5,175 nucleotides of DNA, taken from a virus. Positions 1 to 4,812 of this stretch are shown here, piece after piece. The translations under genes were made by a program, and so were the position numbers. Within the stretch, counting starts at the first letter, position 1, and every line of letters starts with the position of its first letter. Below the pieces are notes generated by a model. It was not told the origin of the DNA and ran no database searches. It saw nothing but the letters and a program-made list of their open reading frames with translations. Location of the stretch: IMG/VR virus record IMGVR_UViG_3300025880_000004; one strand, written 5' to 3'.

Positions 1-121
1 CAAACGTGATGCTAAAGGCAAAATAACTAAGAGTAAAGATGAGCCAAAAGTAGTACAGTTAAAAGTGGATAATAAAGATAGCGGAGCTAAGCCAACAGAA
101 GGTACAGCAGAAGCTAAATAA
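1..121 (+). CDS. Partial CDS: the last 39 codons plus stop of the 118-aa VP3-like ORF. This is a duplicate of 5049..5169 created by the terminal redundancy, not a separate gene.
   Basis: Reading from position 2 gives KRDAKGKITKSKDEPKVVQLKVDNKDSGAKPTEGTAEAK and then TAA at 119..121. This is identical to the C-terminus of ORF 4813..5169. Confidence 0.85.
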   Translation, partial: KRDAKGKITKSKDEPKVVQLKVDNKDSGAKPTEGTAEAK

Positions 122-127
122 GAAATA
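1..127. repeat. Terminal redundancy, copy 1 (identical to 5049..5175). It marks a circular 5,048-nt genome.
   Basis: Base-by-base comparison gives 1..127 = 5049..5175, 127/127 identical. The repeat runs from inside a CDS into the downstream spacer, as expected when a circular contig is read past its start. Confidence 0.97.
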
Positions 128-172
128 TGGGGGAGTTCAGAAGTCTGGGTCCCCCCTATTTTGATAAGAGTG
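119..172 (+). repeat. GC-clamp hairpin element, copy A (intergenic, starts at the VP3-like stop codon).
   Basis: Left arm TAAGAAATATGGGGG (119..133) matches TAAGAAAAATGGGGG (1106..1120) at 14/15. Right arm TCCCCCCTATT (150..160) matches 1126..1136 at 11/11, and GATAAGAG (163..170) matches 1140..1147 at 8/8. The central loops differ. As far as I can see by eye, these two elements carry the only G-runs of 5 or more and the only C-runs of 5 or more in the window. Confidence 0.85.
129..162 (+). terminator. Candidate intrinsic terminator or ssDNA hairpin downstream of the VP1 / VP3-like gene pair.
   Basis: GGGGGA (129..134) pairs with TCCCCC (150..155). An inner stem CAG (138..140) / CTG (145..147) can be extended by T-G wobbles. 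The stem is followed by C-TATTTT (156..162). It lies 8 nt after the TAA at 119..121. Confidence 0.5.
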
Positions 173-260
173 GTACGCATCTGTTCTTATATATCAAGGA
201 AATAAGGTCGCTTTAAAAAAGCGCGAAAAAAGAGAAATATGATAAATGTGATACTAGGAT

Positions 261-281
261 TAATAATAATAATAATAATAG
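261..281. repeat. Trinucleotide microsatellite (TAA)x6 followed by TAG, 14 nt upstream of the VP2 start.
   Basis: ttaataataataataataatag is read directly. It gives seven consecutive stop codons in one frame and lies in the spacer between hairpin A and the ATG at 295. Confidence 0.95.
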
Positions 282-294
282 AAAATATAGAAAT

Positions 295-1056
295 ATGAGT
301 TTACTGGGAATAGGAACAACGATAGCTGGAGCAGCATACAATGAGTATGGAAATCAAAGGCAAAATAGACAAGATAGAACAAATGCAATGATGCAATATC
401 AAAATCAACGAAAGTTGAATCAACAAGGAAATAGATTGCAAATGGATATGTGGAATAAAACAAATTATGGAGCACAAGTGGACCATATGAAAGAAGCTGG
501 ATTAAATCCAGCATTAATGTATGGAAGTGCAGGGCAAGGTGGAACAACAGGAAGTCAAGGTGGTGGAAGTGCAACAAAAGCACAAGCGCCAAAAGCGCCA
601 GTAATGGATATGAGTAATATGTTACTAGATGCACAAATTAAAGCAATGGAAGCTAAAGCAAATAGTGATAATGCAAATGCAGAAGCAACAAGAGGATACC
701 AAGCAAAAGAATCAGGTGCAAGAACAACTGAGTCAGGTGCAAGAACAAGAGGAATAGAAGAAAGTATTAATAAAACAATAGCAGAAGTAGATAACTTATC
801 GCAGGCGAAAAAGAATATGATAGCGTCAGAAAAATTAACAGTGACGCAAAATGAAAAAGAAGAAATCAATAGAGATATAGCAAAACAAAATAGAAAATTC
901 TATGAAAATAATGATTTATCAGAAGGTGATTATGGATTGATAAAAGCATTAAAAAGAGCTGGAGTCGATTTGTATAGAGCAATACAATTCGTAATATACT
1001 CGACACCAGAAGAAGCAAAAGAAGTAATAGAGTTCAAAAAAGGATTAGACCAGTAA
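295..1056 (+). CDS. VP2: DNA pilot / minor capsid protein (VP2, functional analogue of phiX174 H).
   Basis: 253-aa ORF. It has a Q/N/R-rich N-terminal part followed by HMKEAGLNPALMYG (AGLNPALMYG at nt 496..525), a motif I recognise as the hallmark of Microviridae VP2/H-like pilot proteins. After that come a Gly/Ser/Thr-rich linker and a long charged, helix-prone region. It sits immediately upstream of rep. First in-frame ATG; frame open upstream to the TAA at 214..216. Confidence 0.8.
   Translation: MSLLGIGTTIAGAAYNEYGNQRQNRQDRTNAMMQYQNQRKLNQQGNRLQMDMWNKTNYGAQVDHMKEAGLNPALMYGSAGQGGTTGSQGGGSATKAQAPKAPVMDMSNMLLDAQIKAMEAKANSDNANAEATRGYQAKESGARTTESGARTRGIEESINKTIAEVDNLSQAKKNMIASEKLTVTQNEKEEINRDIAKQNRKFYENNDLSEGDYGLIKALKRAGVDLYRAIQFVIYSTPEEAKEVIEFKKGLDQ
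709..750 (+). repeat. In-frame 21-nt tandem duplication inside VP2 (ESGARTT / ESGARTR).
   Basis: gaatcaggtgcaagaacaact (709..729) versus gagtcaggtgcaagaacaaga (730..750): 18/21 identical, with a 16-nt perfect core tcaggtgcaagaacaa at 712..727 and 733..748. Confidence 0.95.
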
Positions 1057-1058
1057 AG

Positions 1059-2033
1059 ATGTGTTTGTATCCAAGATTGATACGAAACAGGAAGTACACT
1101 AAAAATAAGAAAAATGGGGGGGTCATCCCCCCTATTAGTGATAAGAGAGTGTTAATGGTGCCTGTAGGGTGTGGGAAATGTATAGAGTGCAAAAAGCAGA
1201 AAGCCAGAAACTGGCAAGTAAGACTGCAAGAAGATATTCGCGTTAACAAAAATGCTAAGTTTGTAACTTACACATTTTCGGAACACGAGTTACAAAAATT
1301 AGATAACGAGATAAAAGGATTAAGTGGATATGATAGAGATAATGAAATATGCAGATTAGCAGTAAGAAGATATACGGAAAGATGGAGAAAAAAATATGGA
1401 AGAACGTTGAGACATTGGTTAGTGACAGAATTGGGACACCAGAACACAGAAAGAGTGCATATGCATGGTATTGTGTGGACAGACGAAGTGAAGGATATAA
1501 AAGAGATATGGAAATATGGAAATATATGGATTGGGGAATATGTGAGTGCGAAAACGATAAATTATATCGTGAAGTATGTGAACAAGGTAGATGAAAGTCA
1601 TAAGACGTATAATAGTAAGATATTTACGAGTCAAGGTATAGGAAGTGAATATGTAAATAGACGAGATAGTGAGCGTAATAAGTATAAGAAGGAGAAAACG
1701 ATAGAAACGTATAAAACACGCGAGGGTGTAGAGTTAGCTCTACCAGTGTATTATAGAAACAAAATCTATAACGAAGAGCAAAGAGAAGCTCTCTGGTTAG
1801 AAAAATTAGATAAGGAAGAGCGATATGTGTGTGGTGTGAAAGTGGATATAAGTAAAGGTGAAGAAGAGTATTATAAGCTATTAGAAATGATGAGACAAAA
1901 GAATAAAAGATTAGGATATGGTGATGATGCAAAAAATTGGGAGCTTAAAAGATATGAAAATGAAAGGCGTAACTTAAAAAAGTTAGAAAGATTGGAAAAG
2001 CTATATGGGGTAGGGCAGGAAAAAGTTGCGTAA
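1059..2033 (+). CDS. VP4: Rolling-circle replication initiator protein (VP4; HUH endonuclease, phiX174 gene A analogue).
   Basis: 324-aa ORF that starts MCLYPRLIRN, the MCxxP start typical of microvirus VP4. It has the CGKCIEC cysteine motif (nt 1170..1190), RCR motif I FVTYTFS (1260..1280), the HUH motif RVHMHGIVW (HMH at 1458..1466) and the two-tyrosine motif III YIVKYVNK (1563..1586; Y169 and Y173). The start lies 2 nt after the VP2 stop. Confidence 0.93.
   Translation: MCLYPRLIRNRKYTKNKKNGGVIPPISDKRVLMVPVGCGKCIECKKQKARNWQVRLQEDIRVNKNAKFVTYTFSEHELQKLDNEIKGLSGYDRDNEICRLAVRRYTERWRKKYGRTLRHWLVTELGHQNTERVHMHGIVWTDEVKDIKEIWKYGNIWIGEYVSAKTINYIVKYVNKVDESHKTYNSKIFTSQGIGSEYVNRRDSERNKYKKEKTIETYKTREGVELALPVYYRNKIYNEEQREALWLEKLDKEERYVCGVKVDISKGEEEYYKLLEMMRQKNKRLGYGDDAKNWELKRYENERRNLKKLERLEKLYGVGQEKVA
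1106..1151 (+). repeat. GC-clamp hairpin element, copy B, embedded in the 5' end of the rep (VP4) coding sequence.
   Basis: G-run 1116..1122 and C-run 1127..1132 form a 6-bp G:C stem with loop TCAT. The flanks match copy A (see 119..172). It encodes KNKKNGGVIPPISDKRV in the variable segment between the MCxxP start and the CxxCxxC motif. Confidence 0.85.
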
Positions 2034-2174
2034 TTAAAAAAAAGTAGTATATTAGTAAAATAAAACGAGGAAACAGGGGAAATCGTAATAAAAGTGTCAG
2101 CCCTATAAATCGGGACAGTGTAAAATGGGGCACCGAGGAACCCTGTGTAACCTCAAAAAAAACCAAAAGTTTAC

Positions 2175-2190
2175 CAGGTGACGTAACCTG
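2175..2190. repeat. 16-nt near-palindrome CAGGT-G-ACGT-A-ACCTG.
   Basis: The reverse complement differs at only one symmetric pair of positions (2180 and 2185), so 14/16 positions are palindromic. The centre is ACGT, and the right half contains the second GTAACCT copy. Confidence 0.85.
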
Positions 2191-2225
2191 TTAAACATAG
2201 TATAAATTATAGGACAAATAAAAAA

Positions 2226-2242
2226 TGTTACAATTTGTAACA
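2226..2242. repeat. Perfect 17-nt palindrome TGTTACAA-T-TTGTAACA (8-bp arms, 1-nt spacer). Operator-like or hairpin-forming.
   Basis: Read directly. ATTTGTAAC (2233..2241) is repeated in direct orientation 13 nt downstream at 2246..2254. Confidence 0.9.
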
Positions 2243-2263
2243 GATATTTGTAACCTATATAAT
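2235..2263 (+). promoter_or_regulatory. Sigma70-like promoter candidate: -35 TTGTAA (2235..2240), 17-nt spacer, -10 TATAAT (2258..2263).
   Basis: The -10 hexamer is perfect, the -35 matches TTGACA at 4/6, and the spacing is canonical. The -35 lies inside the right arm of the palindrome. Two caveats apply. The predicted start would lie only a few nt before the ATG at 2274. Also, this consensus would not apply if the host is a Bacteroidota. Confidence 0.3.
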
Positions 2264-2273
2264 ATTAAGTAAG

Positions 2274-2540
2274 ATGGGATACAATCGAGAACAGTACAAT
2301 CATTTAATCAAATCAAGAAAAGAAGAAAGGAGGTATAACTATGAAGAGCCTCTATGGAAAACTGAATCTATGTATGTAGATTCGGCAACAGGAGAAATCA
2401 TTCTAAAAAGAAGATTAGAAAACGGAGAATACGTAAAAATAAAATCAACAACTAAATACAGTAAAGATGGAAAAATCAAAATTAAAACAATTACAACCGA
2501 ATGCGAAGAAAGTAAACAACAAAGACTCTGGAGATGGTAA
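2274..2540 (+). CDS. Hypothetical protein, 88 aa, K/E/R-rich. It occupies the rep-to-capsid gap where gokushoviruses carry VP5.
   Basis: First ORF after the control region. Its A-ending, purine-rich codon style matches the confident genes. I recognise no motif. It overlaps the next ORF by 74 nt in another frame. Confidence 0.5.
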   Translation: MGYNREQYNHLIKSRKEERRYNYEEPLWKTESMYVDSATGEIILKRRLENGEYVKIKSTTKYSKDGKIKIKTITTECEESKQQRLWRW

Positions 2541-2769
2541 TCAAACAATTACTAGAAAGGAAATAAAAGATAGTCCTTTTCATGTAATAACAATAGACGG
2601 AGAAAGCTTCGGTGTGATGGGAGATTATAGACTGACGGAAAAATCAGCAGATGAAAGAGAAGTAATCGAAGAATTAGAAAAAATTACGTGGAACAGAATA
2701 GTACAAGTAGTAATGCTATTAGAAGAAGTAAGAACAAAAATTAATAATAAAATAAAAGAACAAGTATGA
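2467..2769 (+). CDS. Hypothetical protein, up to 100 aa. The start is uncertain (alternative in-frame ATG at 2617). It appears translationally coupled to VP1.
   Basis: Its stop TGA (2767..2769) overlaps the VP1 ATG (2766..2768) as ATGA. The C-terminal half (EREVIEELEKITWNRIVQVVMLLEEVRTKINNKIKEQV) looks helical. I recognise no motif. Confidence 0.5.
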   Translation: MEKSKLKQLQPNAKKVNNKDSGDGNQTITRKEIKDSPFHVITIDGESFGVMGDYRLTEKSADEREVIEELEKITWNRIVQVVMLLEEVRTKINNKIKEQV

Positions 2770-4802
2770 AAACAGAAATAGGCGGAGATAGATTAGGCTC
2801 CGGAAATAAACAAGAAGTAAGTCTAAGAAATTATGAAAGATCGAGTCACGATCTAGGATATATATGGAGAAGTAGTATGGCAAGTGGAACGTTAGTACCG
2901 TTCCTTAGTGAAGTAGGGCTACCAGGAGATAGCTTTGATATAGACTTAGACGTAGATGTAAAAACGTTACCAACAGTAGGACCGTTATTTGGAAGTTATA
3001 AAGTGCAGTTAGACGTGTTTCAATGTCCAGTAAGATTATACAATGGAAAATTACATATGAATATGCTAAATATAGGTATGGATATGAGTCAAATACTATT
3101 ACCACAAATTCAACAAATAGCAAAATATGAAGTAAATGAGGGAGATAATTCACAAATAAACAGTAGTAGTATATATAGTTATCTAAACCAAAGAGGGTTA
3201 GGAAGAACACCAGGAGGAGGAGAAGGAGCAGTAGTAAGATATTTTAATGCAATACCCTATCTGGGATATTGGGATATATATAAAAATTACTATGCGAATA
3301 AACAAGAAGAAAGAGGATTTGTAGTACATGCAGAAGATAGTAATGCATTTAAAGTATTAAGTGCAGATGTAATAACAACAAATAGTCAAGGAACATTAAC
3401 AGGACTAAGTCCATATAGTGTAGAAGGAGCAGGATATGCAACAGTAGATACGAGTTTAACAACGGCGTATGCAGTAGAATTAGTCGTATATGTAAAAAGT
3501 GGAGATGTAGTAGAAGGATTACCATTAGCAGAAAATGTAAAAGTAAAAATAGGAGGTGGTGTAGAAACATTTGCAATAGATGAGTTTGATGAAAATACGG
3601 TAGGTGGAAATATAAATGGAAGTTATGCAATAACATTTAGAAGATATAATGGAGTAAGAGCAGCTTCACAAAGCTGGCAAGTAGCACAAACAGAAGTATT
3701 AAATGATATACCAGATGGACAAGGATTACCACAATTAGTGGAATTTCCGTTAGATAATATAGATGATATGAGAATGGATATATTAGAAGCAGTAAGAGAT
3801 ACGACGGCGTTTGTAATAGATAAAAATAGTGCAAGTCCATACGGATTAGGACTAGGGTATGCAGGATTAGAAACAGAAAATAAATTTTACAAATTAGCAA
3901 GTCAAGAAGGATTAGGAATAAAAACATATCAAAGTGATTTATTCAATAACTGGATAAGTACAGAATGGATTGATGGAAGTAATGGAATTAATGAGGTAAC
4001 GGCAGTAAGTACAGCGGGTGATGAGTTTACGATAGATAGTTTAAACTTAGCAAATAAAGTGTACAATATGTTAAATAGAATTGCGATAAGTGGTGGAAGT
4101 TATGATGACTGGTTAGATGCAGTATATACGCATGAAAGAGCAAAAAGTTGTGAAAACCCTATTTATCATGGAAGTTTGATAAAAGAACTAGGATTCGAAG
4201 AGGTAGTAAGTTTAAGTGATGTAAACGATGTAAATGGAGAAGCGCAACCGTTAGGAACATTAGCGGGACGTGGAAGATTGACTGGAAAAAATAAAGGAGG
4301 TAAAATTAAAATTAAAGTAGATGAGCCGAGTTATATAATCGGGTTAGTAAGCTTAACGCCAAGAATAGACTATAGTCAAGGGAACAAATGGGATACAAAT
4401 CTAAAAACAATGAATGATTTGCATAAACCAGCGTTAGACGCAATAGGATATCAAGACTTAATCACAGACCAAATGGCTTGGTTTGATACATCTACAGACA
4501 CAAGCGGAGTAGTAACATATAACACAGCAGGTAAACAACCAGCTTGGATTAACTATATGACAAATGTAAATCAAACAAGAGGAAACTTTGCAGTAGAAGG
4601 AGATAGTATGTTTATGACATTAAACAGAAGATATGAACAGGGAAGTAGTGGAATCGAAGATTTAACAACGTATGTAGACCCAAGCAAGTATAATGAAATA
4701 TTTGCGCAAACAGATAAAAGTGCACAAAATTTCTGGGTACAGATAAGTAATAAGATACTAGCTAGAAGAAAAATGAGTGCGAAAGTAATACCTAACCTAT
4801 AA
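2766..4802 (+). CDS. VP1: Major capsid protein (VP1; phiX174 F-protein family).
   Basis: 678-aa ORF, the longest in the window. Several blocks match, from memory, the conserved blocks of Microviridae major capsid proteins: SHDLGYIWRSSMASGTLVPFLSEVGLPGDSF..TLPTVGPLFGSYKVQLDVFQCPVRLYN (N-terminus), AIPYLGYWDIYKNYYAN, ISGGSYDDWLDAVY, PLGTLAGRG, EPSYIIGLVSLTPRIDYSQG and the C-terminal ..ILARRKMS. The N-terminal GGDRLGSGNKQEVSLRNYERSSHDL pattern reminds me specifically of Alpavirinae VP1. Confidence 0.95.
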   Translation: MKTEIGGDRLGSGNKQEVSLRNYERSSHDLGYIWRSSMASGTLVPFLSEVGLPGDSFDIDLDVDVKTLPTVGPLFGSYKVQLDVFQCPVRLYNGKLHMNMLNIGMDMSQILLPQIQQIAKYEVNEGDNSQINSSSIYSYLNQRGLGRTPGGGEGAVVRYFNAIPYLGYWDIYKNYYANKQEERGFVVHAEDSNAFKVLSADVITTNSQGTLTGLSPYSVEGAGYATVDTSLTTAYAVELVVYVKSGDVVEGLPLAENVKVKIGGGVETFAIDEFDENTVGGNINGSYAITFRRYNGVRAASQSWQVAQTEVLNDIPDGQGLPQLVEFPLDNIDDMRMDILEAVRDTTAFVIDKNSASPYGLGLGYAGLETENKFYKLASQEGLGIKTYQSDLFNNWISTEWIDGSNGINEVTAVSTAGDEFTIDSLNLANKVYNMLNRIAISGGSYDDWLDAVYTHERAKSCENPIYHGSLIKELGFEEVVSLSDVNDVNGEAQPLGTLAGRGRLTGKNKGGKIKIKVDEPSYIIGLVSLTPRIDYSQGNKWDTNLKTMNDLHKPALDAIGYQDLITDQMAWFDTSTDTSGVVTYNTAGKQPAWINYMTNVNQTRGNFAVEGDSMFMTLNRRYEQGSSGIEDLTTYVDPSKYNEIFAQTDKSAQNFWVQISNKILARRKMSAKVIPNL

Positions 4803-4812
4803 AGAAAAAGAT

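Larger units (their letters stand above)
2034..2273 (+). promoter_or_regulatory. Main non-coding control region between rep and the small-ORF / capsid gene block. Candidate promoter and/or origin region.
   Basis: This is the longest stretch (240 nt) with no credible ORF. It contains two A8 runs (2039..2046, 2155..2162). GTAACCT occurs three times in direct orientation (2147..2153, 2183..2189, 2250..2256), and GTAAC/GTTAC occurs five times in total. It also holds a perfect palindrome and a near-palindrome (listed below). Confidence 0.6.

Noticed and set aside
1-127. The 127-nt direct terminal repeat as a biological DTR/LTR, an att duplication or a tandem gene duplication.
   Set aside because: It is 100% identical and sits exactly at the two window ends. 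It cuts through a CDS at an arbitrary codon position. This is the signature of a circular genome assembled past its start, not of a packaged terminal repeat. Microviridae package circular ssDNA.
127-216. 29-codon ORF (MGEFRSLGPPYFDKSGTHLFLYIKEIRSL) that starts in hairpin A and shows weak peptide resemblance to Rep residues 19-31 (GGVIPPISDKRV).
   Set aside because: The resemblance comes from nucleotide-level duplication of the hairpin element. The frame is not maintained across the element (a 1-nt indel is needed). The ORF is very short and has no start context.
209-223. Small hairpin CGCTTT-AAA-AAAGCG in the VP3-like/VP2 spacer.
   Set aside because: It is a 6-bp, half A:T stem with a 3-nt loop in an A-rich context. 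That is thermodynamically weak and unremarkable, and it has no partner motif elsewhere.
1349-1594. 81-aa + strand ORF in an alternate frame inside rep (MQISSKKIYGKMEKKIW...). It could be an overprinted gene like phiX174 B, K or E.
   Set aside because: It has no upstream translation signal, no hydrophobic segment and no recognisable motif. One such open alternate frame in 5 kb is plausible by chance. It should be revisited only if the frame is conserved and shows synonymous-site suppression in related genomes.
2094-2118. Possible stem-loop GTGTCAGCCC-TATAAATC-GGGACAG in the control region.
   Set aside because: Only CCC/GGG and TGT/ACA can pair, and a 3-nt bulge is needed. That is too imperfect to call.
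2225-2272. 15-codon upstream ORF (MLQFVTDICNLYNIK) that spans the palindrome and ends 1 nt before the ATG at 2274.
   Set aside because: It is too short to assess. The region is better explained by the DNA repeats it contains, and nothing supports translation.
2327-2379. Strong Shine-Dalgarno-like AAGGAGG (2327..2333), 7 nt before an ATG (2341).
   Set aside because: The ORF it would drive is only 12 codons (MKSLYGKLNLCM). The motif is explained by the codons for KEERRY in the 88-aa ORF, and no other gene in the genome uses an SD. It is probably coincidental.
2509-2532. Shared octapeptide KV(N/D)NKDSG between ORF100 (nt 2509..2532) and the tail of ORF118 (nt 5110..5133).
   Set aside because: Only 8 residues are shared, and the context is low-complexity and K/N/D-rich. 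The nucleotide sequences differ, including different serine codon families (TCT versus AGC), so this is not a recent duplication. Chance is plausible.
2467-2540. Programmed frameshift joining the 88-aa and 100-aa ORFs into one product of about 165 aa.
   Set aside because: It would need a +1 (or -2) shift. I see no canonical slippery heptamer or downstream structure in the overlap. Independent initiation or a later start at 2617 is simpler.
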